Shown: in pieces, positions 48,541-61,631 of the stretch
Layout of the letters: every line of letters begins with the position of its first letter
Position numbering within the stretch: the first letter of the stretch is position 1
Assembly: GCA_011109175.1 (NCBI GenBank)
Contig: RDEW01000036.1
Coordinates: 375,583 to 439,582 of the forward strand
Origin: Dicyema japonicum
Taxonomy: Eukaryota > Animalia > Dicyemida
Length of the DNA: 64,000 nucleotides
Direction of reading: 5' to 3'
The notes under the pieces: generated by a model
What the model saw: the letters and a program-made list of their open reading frames with translations, nothing else
Told to the model about the DNA's origin: nothing
Database searches by the model: none
Translations under genes and position numbers: made by a program

Positions 48541-49489
48541 GAGATTGGATACCTTATCCATTCATGGTGAGGCAATGGACGCACCCACTTACTTTATTCA
48601 CGTTGGGAGACAATATTATAATAATAGCTATATTCACGGTGCCGTGGTATTAGATCCGCATAGGCAGGACACACACTTCATTTAAGTAAAGAGCAGTTAA
48701 TTTAACTAATCGTAGAACCAAAGAATGATCTTCACTTCAATTTTCTATTTCTTGTGTGTGGGTCCTTTCTAGACAATCCAGTTCCGCAGTGAGTATCCAC
48801 TGATGACGGCGTCACTCGTCAAACCTAGAACAAATAAGATAACAAATGATCCTCCTAAATGCTTCGGCACTTTCTTCTTTTATTATTTTCGGCGTGCTTT
48901 TTTCTGAGAGTACGTTTCAACATCTATCCACTGGCAAAAGAGAAAGTCGTCATTCTGTCGTGGTGTTTGCCATCGCTCCGGAAGACATCATTCAGTTCCA
49001 ACTTTTATTTAAAATATTTTCTTAAAAGTTACAGAACGAATGTTTAAAGAACCATTGCGTCTATGCGTTCCCTACTCACTATTTCTGACAGATTGTTTCA
49101 ACGAACTACATCATGAATAGGATCACCACTCTATGTGTGTAACCGACAAATATATTGACTTCAATTTTTATAACTCTCCGATGCGCTGTCATGTACTTAA
49201 CTCATAAGCGGATTCATATCCTTTGGGATTATTCCCAGCCCCATTGAAGAAACAAAGTCGTATGGCCTAATATGCAATATTATTCTTTTAAATAAGCTAT
49301 TACGACAATGTTCATTATTAATGGCAAAGTTGATCGTGACTTCATTCTAACAGGCTTTGAGTTAAAGAAATATGATAACATCAAGCAGGTACGGCATGAT
49401 TTTTCCGTAATATGTTCCCAAATAATCCTTATCGGGTTTTTTAATAATTATATTCAGATGCTTAGATTTGAAAGCTGTGTGTAATAGTC

Positions 49490-50105
49490 TTGGTTTTGTT
49501 ACAACCATTAGCTATTGTATCCCTTTAGTGTCCTTACTTGTTTTCCGTGAACAACATTAAGTTATCAACACATGTCCCAGTTAGTCCCCACGTTCCCGAG
49601 TTGTAAAGAAGTATGGTAGGACAATATTTTTCATTGCTGAACATCTTCACATTCGCCCAGCAAACATTCGAAATTTTTTGCTCATTTACAAATTTCATCG
49701 GTAAGTTTGCTTCCTGTTTGATTTTAATAAGCTCAGTATTTTGTACGTTCATTTTCAGGAACCACTCTCCAAACACTCCGGGTGCTATTTAAGAGCAATT
49801 CTGATATCATTGATTTCCTCGAAAACAATATCAGGTCATCGCTTATAGTGATTCCTACATAAATGTAGGACAAATGGTTAGCTCTCAGGTCAGGAAGAGT
49901 AGTTTCAGATAAATAACAAAAGAATTGGTTAGTGAGCCAACTTCTGGAATACTAATGTGCGTGATAAATTTGCGAGAGCGCTTTTAGCCAACCCAGACAA
50001 TCAATTCCGTGTTTGAAAGTAGAACCCTTATCATCCTAAACTATTTTCGTCTAGCAACGTTTTTAGCCCTTTTTCTGAATTCACTTAAAAAATCGATTTT
50101 TGTAC
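49490..50105 (-). mobile_element. Highly decayed RTE fragment
   Basis: PTILLYNSGTWGLT and FGEWFLKMNVQNTELI. Confidence 0.65.
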
Positions 50106-50218
50106 ATTTTGACCTTAAACAAATTGGAAAACCCTGTAAATTGGGTGAATTTTATTAAATTATTTTTCATTTTATTAATATACACCAACATTTTATTTTA
50201 TAAAATTATTACTAAATT

Positions 50219-52048
50219 TGTGACCTGTGACAACGACTCCAGGTTGAGAACGATCCGTAAAATCGATTTAACCGTTAAAGCCGTTTAACCGTATGACCGA
50301 AAGTAACGATTACTGGTCGAGAAGGTTAAATACGACCCATTAAGTATCGGAACTTAACAAACCATTATATTACTGCTGCTCAAACAGTAAAACAAGAGAG
50401 ACAACAACAATCTTTATTTAAGCGAATTATAGGAGTTATTTAAGAGGTTTATGCGAGTCCGCCTATGCGGCCTGGACTCTTCCGACGTACCTCATCCCCA
50501 TTTTATTTTTATCCTATCGGTGGATCCCATCGATCCTCTTTTCCACAATGTATCTCACCGTAGTGAGAATTTTATCTTCTTCTATACTGAGGGTGTTGAA
50601 TAGTTTTTTTCCCAAGGCCAGCTTTATTGCTGACCTTCTTGATTTTTCCATAAGTAGTATAATTCTATCTCTATGGCGTGAGAAAAACCATGCTTCACAT
50701 CCATACAATGTCTTTATTAAAAAGTAAACTAACTGATTGTCGTCGTATGTACGCATGTTCCGAAATTCTTACACTTTGCTACATACTCCTCGTAAAACAA
50801 ATATGAAATGTGATGTTGCTACATACTCCCGATGAATTATATTTATTAGATTCTTACACTTTGCTACAGAGTTTTTATACTAATATTGACTAATAAAAAA
50901 GTAATCATTTTAAAATATTAACAACAAATTAATTTTAATCGAAAAATCGTTTATTCTGTATCTAAATTAACCAAGTCTCTGCTATTTTCTTTAAAAATAG
51001 TTCCATCTTCGCATTCACATATTATCATCCCAGTGGGAGATATTTTTTTAACGTAATAAATATTAATGTCCATATGCTCATTCAGAGCACCTCTACGAGT
51101 TTTTATATTTGTGTTAGTGCGTACTCTTCTAACAACCCTGTCTTCAATTTTGAAAACCTTTGTATCGTTTTTCCACATTTTCTTTCTTAACATCTTATCC
51201 TCTGATAGATTGAAAACTCGACAACCTTAAATTCAATTTATTGAACCTTTCTCCTTTTAGCTTCATTTTCCGTCCAAAAAAGTAGCGAACTGACTTACAT
51301 TCTTCTCTTCATCGTCTGTATCGAGTTGAAGGAATAATAAATTAATTCACCTTTCTCTGACTGAATACGCTCTGATAGGTGTTATCGCTGGTCTGGTATT
51401 TATAAGCTGTCTTGCTTGACATTGGGGATAGGATTTAATTACAGACATGACTTCACTTCTGCACGATCCATAAACAAGATCTTTCAGAAGAAAGAGCAGT
51501 CTCTCTCGACCAGGATGTCAATTTTTAGGTGTATATTTTCAATAAAAAGTTTCCTTTGCTCTACTTCTTCTGCAGCAAATGTACGCAATAGAATTCCGGA
51601 TGTTTTGAAGTATAAAATATCTGACTTCGAATCAGACAATCGAAATGATGATGCCGTATTTTTAAAATTCAAAATATTCTGTATCTTTCCATCAGGTAAC
51701 ACACCATCTTTGATAAAAGCAATAATATCATTGTTTCTCTCCAGCGTCAAAAGAAATAACTTATACCAACAACAAAAACCAATATAACGTAGTGGTTTTT
51801 TCTTTTATTTCATTAGAAGTAAACCATTCTAAAAAAATTAAAATTTTCTATATAATTTAAATTTATAAAAAAATTTAAATCTAAATTAATGAATTCTGAG
51901 AATAATTAATTGAGAAAATTTTAATTTCTTACTTAGCTAACTAATATATTTTTGCGGTTTTGCGTCGCAACGACGTAGTAACGGCAATATCGATTTTGAT
52001 CGATTTTACGGATCGTACTTAACCTGAAATCGTAGTCAACCGATCACA
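50219..52048 (-). mobile_element. Ginger-like (integrase-type) DNA transposon, internally deleted, ~50-bp imperfect TIRs TGT...ACA
   Basis: TIRs at 50219-50267 and 51999-52048. An integrase zinc-binding-like remnant (..PQCQARQLINTRPAITPI..RER) and a C-terminal ORF 50951..51193. Confidence 0.65.
50400..50760 (-). mobile_element. LINE 3' end nested in the Ginger-like element
   Basis: LYGCEAWF..RRSAIKLAL; hairpin 3'UTR; AATAAA and (TTG)n tail. Confidence 0.7.
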
Positions 52049-52065
52049 ATTATTACGAATTTGGA

Positions 52066-52590
52066 ATGAATGTTAATTTTCTAGCATTGGCGTATACTTG
52101 ATTCTAAATATCTTACGGCGACTTCAAAACACTAAATTTGATCATGATCTCAATTTTTGTACTATGGGAATCATGTATATCAATTGTAGTAAATATTAAT
52201 TATTCATAGTCGCTGTTTGAATGATGAAAGCACAATAACTATAAACTCCCATACTTTCCCTCTACCATTTACGGATGTTTATCACATTTTTAAATTAACA
52301 AGCATTTGAGACAATGCAATTCACCCCATTGATCCCTTCGAATTTCAAATGCGTATGATATCGTATTTAGTATAGACATGTAGCACTGCATGATTATTCT
52401 TTACGTCTCAGAAATAAAATCTTGTAAATGTTCGAAAGTAATATATTTAGACAATACAGCAGGCCTACATGTAGTGCATATGACTAATAATGTTATTTTA
52501 GACTGCAGTGTCATTGAGGACAGAAACAATGTACTTGGCATTTGCGGATTTTGATACTCGTATTTAAACTAACGTGATCTGTTTTATTAT
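52066..52590 (+). pseudogene. Paralogue fragment of the gene at 41100-42435, interrupted by an RTE
   Basis: MNVNFLA start and DCS.I.D.NNV.GICG are shared with the minus strand of 41750-42435. Confidence 0.6.
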
Positions 52591-52599
52591 TATTATTAT

Positions 52600-54445
52600 T
52601 ATATATCAAAACAAACTACGAACTGAACGAAATATTATCAAGAGAAGAATCATGAAGCTTAATAATGAACAATCGAAGGATGTCTTCCTATCACAGCTTA
52701 GAGAGCTGGAGCAACTAAAGGACAATGCACAAATGTTCGCTGCAGTCCGACTAATGCGAGGAAAGAAAAAAGCGACAGTACATGTTATGGATGGGAAGGG
52801 GAAACTTATCTTAAAACCAGACGAACAGATCGAATTGATTGCTGCCAATTTTGAAAAACTGTTCAATGCGAACGGCCAAGAACTGGCCCCTTTCATCGGA
52901 GAACCGCGGATGCTGGAAACAATTATCACATCTAAGGAAGTTCAGAGTGCGTCCAGTAAGCTAAAGAATCACAGGAAACAGGAGCGCTGGACCAGACAAC
53001 ATCCCTCCCGAACTGCTGAAATATGGACCTATGGGTCTATTCGAAACCATTGCGACATTGTTAAATGGAATGTTTACATCTAACTCTGTCCTACCACTGG
53101 GGAAAGGGACATTGATACCTATACAAAAGCCTAACAAACCAAAGGGACCACTAGAAAGCCTACGCCCAGTCATATTGTTAAACACATTACGAAAAGTTCT
53201 TGCATCTGTTACTTTGAACCGGTTAAAATACCCGGCAGAAAAATATCTGTCAGCATGCCATAGTGGATTTCGTGAAGGAAGGTCGACAGCGGACATTCTG
53301 TAGAGCCACAGGTGGCGGTGTGCAACGGCTCAAAGATACAAAAATGCCACGACCATCCTGGGATCGATATGTCAAGAGCTTTCGACACCATTAGCCGACA
53401 CAAGCTAATGGTTGTCCTTCATCAATTTGTGGACCAATCATTGCTACGGATAATCAGAGTACTTCTCTCAAGTACTGAACTGTCAGTCCGAATTGGGAGA
53501 ACTCTATCCCGACCATTCAAAACTACAATCGGCACTCCTCAGGGAGACTCCCTCTCCCCCTTACTATTTGTGATATATCTCGAAGCTGCACTAAAGGATC
53601 TACGAACTTGCTATGAAGGAAAAATAAACGAAGTCGTATACGCGGATGATGTGGATTTTATATCCGAGGATACAGAAGCTCTCACACATCTGCTGGAAAA
53701 TGCACCGGACAAACTGGGGGAATGGTTCCTCATCGTTAACGGGCCAAAACGGAAATCACGGAAATCAAAAGAATGGACAACATCCTTAATGAACGTTGGC
53801 AACATGTTAATAAGCTTGGATCCCTACTGGTGGACACAGAAGACATCATCAAAAGGAAAACACTTGCAGGAGTAGCAATGCGAAAACTCAAAAAGGAATG
53901 GCTGAAAGGACTAGATGTCAATCTGCGGATACGCATGTACAATGCATTTGTGAAACCGATCCTGACATACAATGCTGGTACTTGGGCCTGTACAGGTGCG
54001 GAATCAATGGCTCTCGATGGGTTCCACAGAAAACAGCTTAGAGTATTATTTGGCATGCAGTGGCCGCCAGAATCTCGAATACCGGTATTTACAAAAAATG
54101 CAAGAGTAGGCCTCTAAGCCTGGAAATCACTGACGCCCGGTGGAGACTGTTTGGTCACGTACTACGCATGGATCTTGCTGCCCCGGCTAATGTGGCGATG
54201 GAGGACCATTTCATGTTCAAGGGCAAATGCTTCCGTGGCAGACCAAGGATGACCCTACCTATCATGCTGCACAAAGACCTCCAAAGGATAAAGAAATGCC
54301 TAAAGACGGGAGACGATCTGGACATGCTGAGATCGACTGCGTGTAACCGTGGAGGTTGGAAGAGGCTAACTAATAACATTGTTTCTGGTATTGCACATGC
54401 TTTGCTATAACTATTATGGCAAGGCGATAAGTGCTGTAATATAAG
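52600..54445 (+). mobile_element. 5'-truncated RTE-like LINE
   Basis: GFREGRSTAD, PQGDSLSP, YADD, RWRLFGHVLRM. The 3'UTR resembles 37984-38015. Confidence 0.92.
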
Positions 54446-55788
54446 TAGCATACGTAAAATCATAATAGTTATAATTTCACTCGTGCAGTACTCGAAACAA
54501 TCCTCTGACCAACTTTTTCCAACCTCCTCGATCGTAAGACAGTTCTTCAAAATCGTCTCCACTTCTTAGACTTTTGTTCACAAGCTTTAGATCTCCATCA
54601 AGTGTTTAGTGTAATACGCAGGCGTACACGGAAACATGATCTCTGTCTAATGAAGAAATCCTCCATTGCCATGTTTGCTGGAGCACCTCTCTCTTTCGAG
54701 CACCTATCATATAATTTGTTTGGTTGTGATTATCGTAATTCCACCAGGGTACAATCCCAGACTTTTATGATCAAGTGACATTGTTACAGATACTTGTGTC
54801 CCTAGATTATTACTGATGGAAAACATCAGTGTTTACTACTCAATAGGGAATTATTAGCTATTCATCATATATGTCATGACTAGAGAGATTTTTTGACTTT
54901 ATAAATTGGAAATTTTTATCTAAAAAATTAAATTCATTAACTTTAAATCGAGACATTTCATGACGATGACTCAAAAAATATCGAACTCTTTCAGTTTTGA
55001 GCAGACATTTGCATAAATCAATGGCGCAAATTCTGGAAGACGATTGACGTAAAAGCTTTCAAGTTTAATACTACGACGGAGCTTTAGGAAGAGCGTGAGC
55101 GATTGGAAGGTAAACGAACTCATTGAATGATAACTTGGAACCTCTGGATATTTTGTGTAACAGGAATTTCATGAACTCGATCAAGAACGATATATCTCAC
55201 GTAATGACAATTTGCCCAGAAAAACTTGAAGCATCTGGGTTTGAACGCCACCTGTGTTGATGACATCTTCTAACAGTAGTCACCCAGGATCTTCCACAAA
55301 GATGATCGAAACTTTGAAAAAAAATTCGAAACCCATTGAAGAGAGTAAAATTTAACGTAGTCAATACCTGAAAGATTCTCAGATTTAATTGGTTAACCTT
55401 ACACACCATCGGTTGAGGTCCAGTTTATGCAGTTCTCTTCATTATCCGTTCTACCAGTTCTCTCCATGTAACTTTCCTCATCGAAGAATCCATGCATAAG
55501 GTATCCTGTTTACTGATCGATGAGATTCTTGTGACGTTGAAAGTTGCAATTGTAAACGTGGTAGTATATGCAGACTGAGAGTACAATAAAGACAGAGATT
55601 ACTAGAGAGGTGTCAACCACTAAACTATCAAATTAGCTAAATAATTTGAATTCAAAAATAAATTTTTATGTGATTGAAGATTACGATATTATTTGAAAAT
55701 TTTTATTAATTTTTTTAATAATTATAAGTCGAAAAAAATTTGACATAAATAAATAAATTTTCGATAATTAATTAGAATTCTAACAGAA

Positions 55789-56579
55789 ATGGGTCACGTG
55801 ACAGGTTTCAAAATTAACGCTTATTTTAGCTATCTTCATGTGTTTAATGATCTTTAACACTCAAAGCAAAGTAAATCACAAAAAATATGTCCAAATGGAT
55901 GATGATGGTGTTCCAATGTGGATAGAATTAGACTATGGTAATGTAACGTCGATTATCAGTGGAAGAATCACTGTGACTTATTTACATCACGACCAAGTGA
56001 AGAAATATTTGATGTTAGATTAAAATTCATTCACTTACTAAACCAAGACTCGTTTTCATAGGAGGAAAAGATTACAGGATCGCAGCTTTGATAGATGATG
56101 TTGCTCATATAACCTTTAAATATAAACGCATTCAAGATGAGGTTCAGGTATATCAGATGTATTTCTCAATTCAGAGTAAATCATTGTGTTTAATTTAGAT
56201 ACGTCCACATTCATAATAAAGTCGGATAACATTACTCATCATGTAGGTGAATATTATCAATGTAAACTATTCACAATTTGCAAAGAGAAATCATCCTTGA
56301 ATATATCGAATTTTAGAGTTCAATTTTTTAGAAACGACAAAATCAAAAAATTTACTGGAAATGGTTTAATTTTATATTTATTGATAAGCGATTGATTGCA
56401 ACGGAGTAGGAATACAAAAAATTACGAGAACTAGGCCTTCCAACCATGATTATGAACCATTGATTTATGGTCTTACTATTTCTGGAGTTTTTGTAACTTT
56501 ACTGGTAATTTACGTCAAAGTTAAATATCCTCACAAAAGACAAGATTTCTACACAACACCTATAGTTGAAAAATTATGA
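55789..56579 (+). CDS. Type I membrane protein, family member 3 (intact, 4 mini-introns)
   Basis: Splices to an open frame: MGHVTAIFMCLMIFNTQS..GEYYQCKLFTICKEKSSLNISNFRVQFF..(phase-1 intron)AIDC..TM LIYGLTISGVFVTLLVIYV..QDFYTTPIVEKL*. Confidence 0.75.
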
Positions 56580-57361
56580 CAATTTGTTTTAATTTTAACG
56601 ACTAATTTTTAAATTTATATTTTTAACCAAAAACATCGTCATAGTTAGATTGGAAATATTCCACCCCGGCCTCCTTCACCAGTCTTCGCATTTCTTGGTG
56701 CTCATAGTGTCACGTTTGCGATTAGAAATTTCCTACCAGAAAATGACTTTTTTTAAGGTCAACAATTTAAATTTTTAAATCAAGTTACTTTTTAAGCTTA
56801 TTTTTTCAATTAACGTGCAACTTTCGGTTACTCTAATTATCACATAATGTGATGCTACGTTCAACCAGCTGGGTGATTTGATATACACCTAAGTGCCACG
56901 CTTCCAACAGAAAAATCCAGTTTTTATTGAATCATTCATCTAAAAAACATTTCGTTCTAACAGATTTATCACTTTTATTGATATTTCTTAGTGATGGTGA
57001 AGACATCCGAAAGATTAGAATACGCCTAAGAAAAAGCGAATCTAGATAGACTAGTGGAGATTTCTTATGATATGAGCAAGTGGAGGAAAATGAATATTTT
57101 GTTATCCTCTCGGGCTCAACATATTTTTTATGACCATGGTATGGCGGGAATGAGTTATTTCTCAGGTGATGATGATGCTTGATTTTCTCACCCAATTTAC
57201 CGACTTTTGAATTGATAAAGTAATTTTTGAACTTTGTAGAACAACACGCTGAAAAATAGGCCTTCTAAGTCTCAACACAATTGGGTTTTTGTCGCTTGAA
57301 AAACCATAACGAACATTCCATGAAATATATCCAGCCATAGAGGGAGAGCAGAGGCATAGGT

Positions 57362-57677
57362 NNNNNNNNNNNNNNNNNNNNNNNNNNNNNNNNNNNNNNN
57401 NNNNNNNNNNNNNNNNNNNNNNNNNNNNNNNNNNNNNNNNNNNNNNNNNNNNNNNNNNNNNNNNNNNNNNNNNNNNNNNNNNNNNNNNNNNNNNNNNNNN
57501 NNNNNNNNNNNNNNNNNNNNNNNNNNNNNNNNNNNNNNNNNNNNNNNNNNNNNNNNNNNNNNNNNNNNNNNNNNNNNNNNNNNNNNNNNNNNNNNNNNNN
57601 NNNNNNNNNNNNNNNNNNNNNNNNNNNNNNNNNNNNNNNNNNNNNNNNNNNNNNNNNNNNNNNNNNNNNNNNNNNNN
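57362..57677. other. Assembly gap (N run)
   Basis: Run of n characters. Confidence 1.
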
Positions 57678-57727
57678 ATAAAATAAATTTTCGTTAATAA
57701 AATATTTTTGTTTAAAAATAAAAAATT

Positions 57728-57740
57728 ATTTCCTGGATAC
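57728..57740 (+). promoter_or_regulatory. X-box-like (RFX) motif ATTTCCTGGATAC
   Basis: Ends 3 nt before the EFCAB2 ATG and matches the MKS1 motif. Confidence 0.6.
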
Positions 57741-57743
57741 AGA

Positions 57744-58283
57744 ATGGACCCAGATGCGACCCAATCAAGTTCCACCATAAAAGACATTCAGAAAAAGATA
57801 GAAGAGGCCTTTTTGGTGTTTGACCATGAACAAAACCAGACCATTGATGTCCGAGAGGCAGGGACTGTGATCCGCTCACTGGGAATATGTCCAACCGAGA
57901 GCGAAATTGGAGACCTTATCATGGAAATGGAGGTTGGTCAGTCTAATCATTCAAGGATGACAAAAAAGAGGGGAGCATTTCCCTTGAAAAGTTCTCCTCT
58001 GTGCTTACTCTGATTCTGCTTGAAAAGAGCTATCGTCCAGCGGGGGAAAAGCTACTGATGAAGGCCTTCCAAACACTGGATATCAATAATAATGGTATTT
58101 TCATTCCTTATCACGGGGTATCTTACATTTGAGGAGTTGACCACTTATATGACTGAGAATGGGGAGCCTTTCACCGCCGATGAGATGGAGGAGATGACTT
58201 CCCATGCGACTTCTATAAATCCTGATTCTTTAATGTACAAGGATTATATCATTTCCATGATCCCCGACGACCTGATTTACTAA
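57744..58283 (+). CDS. EFCAB2: EF-hand calcium-binding protein EFCAB2 / dynein regulatory complex subunit 8
   Basis: KKIEEAFLVFDHEQNQTIDVRE.GTVIRSLG.CPTE; LLEKSYRP; YMTENGEPFT.DEMEEM; YKDYI. Introns at 57933-57955 and 58095-58116. Confidence 0.88.
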
Positions 58284-58779
58284 TCTAAATTAATTCTACA
58301 ATATAACCTCTTAATGACGATCCACCATGGAATTAAGGTATCAGAAAATTCTCCATCTCCACCTTCTAGCAAATTGGCATTCTGAAGACAGTGATGCGGA
58401 AAGTAGAGAGGAAATTGATAAGACCAGAGAAGGAGGATCATTTACAGTTAACAACTCTGAAGGAGGATTATATCCCTCGTTGGGAATCACGACTCCTCAG
58501 ATCTCATCACTTCTTACAGGTTCGGTGAGCTATTCGTACCTTTTCACCCTTGTCGTGTCTTAATTTAACCAATATGTGAAGATGTGCTGACCACGGTGAT
58601 TTACTTTGAATTCCTTCACCTTATCTTGTCCGGTCTTAGGCATCAGTAGATCAAAAGCCACCCAATACCACATCGCCATTTCCCAAATGGAATCTACTTG
58701 CGTCTCTACCAAGGTCTTGGCTTCTGCAGATTTTTCTAGCACCAACCAAGGCAATGCAGATTTTTCTAGCACCAACCAT

Positions 58780-59060
58780 TCAGGAATTGAAAAACTTGTC
58801 AGAGATAATGAATTTATCGGAAATAAAATTTTAAGATTGGGTCCCTATAACCCTATGATCAACCCAATTGAGAATATTTGGTCAGTTTTCAAAGCTGATG
58901 TAAAAAGACACATTGCTACAGATATGAAAAATATTTTGGATGGTGTGAAAACAAGAAGCTTTGTCAACTACGGAGTTTGACTTCAAAAAAGTTTAGAAGA
59001 AAGTATGATTAACTCATTATAATCACTCCATCTCTATGCAACACCGTAATTGCTAGAATT
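58780..59060 (+). mobile_element. Tc1/IS630-like transposase C-terminal fragment
   Basis: LRLGPYNPMINPIENIWSVFK resembles the SPDLNPIENLW motif. Confidence 0.7.
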
Positions 59061-59119
59061 CAGAAGTTGGCCCCATCGGTGTTAAATAATGATGACATGG
59101 CTTATTAAATAATTTTATT

Positions 59120-59282
59120 GTTCCACTTTGCTTTTTGTTAAGAACCCACTTTGATTTTGGTAAGACCCACTTTGCTTTTTGCGTAAGTAGCACTTTGCTT
59201 TTGGTAAGTACCACTTTGATTTTGGTAAGTACCACTTTGCTTTTGGTAAAGTACCACTTTGCTTTTGGTAAGACCCACTTTA
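59120..59282. repeat. ~21-22-bp tandem repeat (ccactttgcttttggtaagta), ~7 units
   Basis: Visible periodicity. Confidence 0.9.
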
Positions 59283-59379
59283 AACCTGAAATGGTATAGT
59301 GTATATCCGTATATTGATAGAGAGGAGTGGCCTCCACAGAATAGACAAACCAGGTTTTCCCAGACATCCCTTGGTAATG

Positions 59380-59565
59380 GAAGAGGAATGAATTCTGTTA
59401 TAATCGAGTCTTTAGTGGACTCTTGTGGAGACAAATCGTGTATCTGCTTCAAGCAACCTCAGTCATTAATCGATTGAAGAGAGAATGAATTTCTGCTATA
59501 ATCGAGTTTTAGTCGACTCTTTTGGAGACACAAAATCGTGTATTTGCTTCAAGCAACATCAGTCT
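59380..59565. repeat. ~100-bp tandem duplication
   Basis: gaatgaatt..tataatcgagt..tagt.gactct..ggagaca..aaatcgtgtat..gcttcaagcaac occurs twice. Confidence 0.8.
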
Positions 59566-59714
59566 TGAGGACTGAATGGAGTGGAGGATAGTATTCGAGT
59601 ATATGTTGTCACATTTTAAATTTTTATTTTAAACTCAGTAAAATGTCACATTTTTAAATTTTTATTTTAAACTCAGTAAAATTTTTATTTTAAACTCTTT
59701 GGTTTTTTGAAAAT

Positions 59715-60086
59715 GAAATTATTAAATCAAAAACGGGTGTACAACAAGGAGATCCGCTCGGACCTCTATTATTTGCCTTGACCATTGATGAGGTTGTGAG
59801 TTCAATTGATGCTCAGCTAAATCTCTGGTACCTCGATGATGCCACAATTGGAGGATCGTTCAAAGAAACATACAATTCATTACGTAAAGCGTTACCCGCT
59901 TTAAAACATTTGGGCTTGGACATCAATGTTAACAAATCAGAGCTAATAAATGTCTCATATCCATACACCGACTTCCTCTCTATCAAGGAGTCTTTTAACG
60001 AACTGCTTCCTGGGATCCCGACTGTGCCAGTTGATAAATTATATTTCCTCGGATGCCCACTCAGCGAAGAAGAACTCAAGAACCAT
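59715..60086 (+). mobile_element. CRE-like RT fragment
   Basis: GVQQGDPLGPLLFAL..NLWYLDDATIGG, ending at a single N (60087). Confidence 0.85.
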
Positions 60087-60269
60087 NCACACGCTTATTT
60101 CATAAGCAATAAGAATATGATCAAACAATATGGGACTATGACTATACAGAACATCTTCAATTCACGGCGAATACAACAATATAATCCAAAATTGACCAAT
60201 ATAATTAGATTCCTAAACTACAATATTTCATACAACTCTTTTTGGAAGATTTCGAAACGGATCAAACAC

Positions 60270-61450
60270 ACCTTACCATAAAAGAACACTCCATACCTTT
60301 AATGGTCTGGCCGCGTGGCGCCAGGTGGTACTATGTGGATTGTTGAAAAAAAATATTTTCCTTCCCTCGGATAGCGTCATTGGATCCACCTTACCGAATA
60401 GATGTCTAATTTCTCTCCGGAAACAAGAAGATTTGGAGTCTTTGGAGTTTTGGGAACATAGAGTAAGGGTACTGCTCAAGGATTCCATTACCATAACAAA
60501 TAGTTGAGGGATAATGAATCTCCTTGCAGAATTCCACGTCCCAGTTTTACAGAACCAATTCTTCTTTCATCTAAGTGGAGATTTAAATTCCAGTTCTTCA
60601 CTATGGTCTTTACAAAGTTGACAATCCAACGGGGTTTTCCTGAACAGTCGAACGGGGTTTTCCGATACATGAAATAAAAATTCATGGTCAACAGAATCAA
60701 AGGCCTTCTTCACATCAACCCAAGCAAAATAAAGGGCGTATCTACACTCATTATTCAAGCATTGATTAATAAGGGTCTGTTCCTAAGTGCACTGACAATG
60801 TTTCCTCGTTCCCAGTTTATTGTCGTCAGATAATAGGTCAAACAAATCCACAAAATCTGAAAGTTTGGCATTAACACATTTGGTAATAAGTTTATATAAT
60901 GTTGGCATACACGCTATAAAACGTAAGTCTTTGGGAGTCTCACAATCATCCTTTATAGGAATTAAATATGTTATTCCAGTATAAAACCAACGTTCAGGCA
61001 TATATTCCCCATTAATAATTCGGTTAATCTCAATACATAAAAAGCCATGTAAAGATTCCATTTTCTTAATAAAGAACTTATATGAACCATCGCATCCACA
61101 CGCCTTCTTAATCTGGGAGACATTTAATAACATATAGGATAAACTCATTTGTGAACTCTGGCAACATGTTTTCAATACCAGATTTACTTTACCAACACTG
61201 TCAAATGACACGTGAATCTATTGTCATTTAGATCATACTTTTTTCAAGAACGAGATACAATCCTCTTATCGAAACCATGTATCGTAATTTCATTGCTTGC
61301 TGATAGGTTCAGAAAAATCTATCTTCGATTTAATTCAAAACAACAGTTGTCCTTACGAAAGTCCTTCCTCGAATAATGTACAGCTATTGCTTCTTCTTAA
61401 TTCTGACGGTTACATAATAGAGCCTCAATCTTGGCAACCTTAACTTTTTT
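60270..61450 (-). mobile_element. Decayed RLE-type (R4/Dong-like) non-LTR retrotransposon RT region
   Basis: GITYLIP..DLRFIACMPTLYKLIT; WVDVKKAFDSVDH; GRGILQGDSLS. Confidence 0.75.
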
Positions 61451-61631
61451 GGCCCTTTTGAATCTATAGACACAAAGAACATTTATAACATTTTGTTATT
61501 CAAACACAAAGAGAGTTATCTGGAATTACACTTTAAACGACAAGTTGAAATATGGATGTGACCTTTGATTAGGGATTCACCTTTATCCGACATATTGAAA
61601 ACAAGTAACTTCTGCTCTGAAAAAAATGAGA

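Noticed and set aside
54960-55620. Possible minus-strand gene (similar weak candidates at 43680-44200, 56640-57360 and 58290-58775)
   Set aside because: Coding-like composition but broken frames and no recognisable homology.
57272-57787. 171-aa ORF
   Set aside because: It spans the N gap.
59778-60281. Novel RT fusion protein
   Set aside because: The two halves meet exactly at an N (60087), most likely a contig join.
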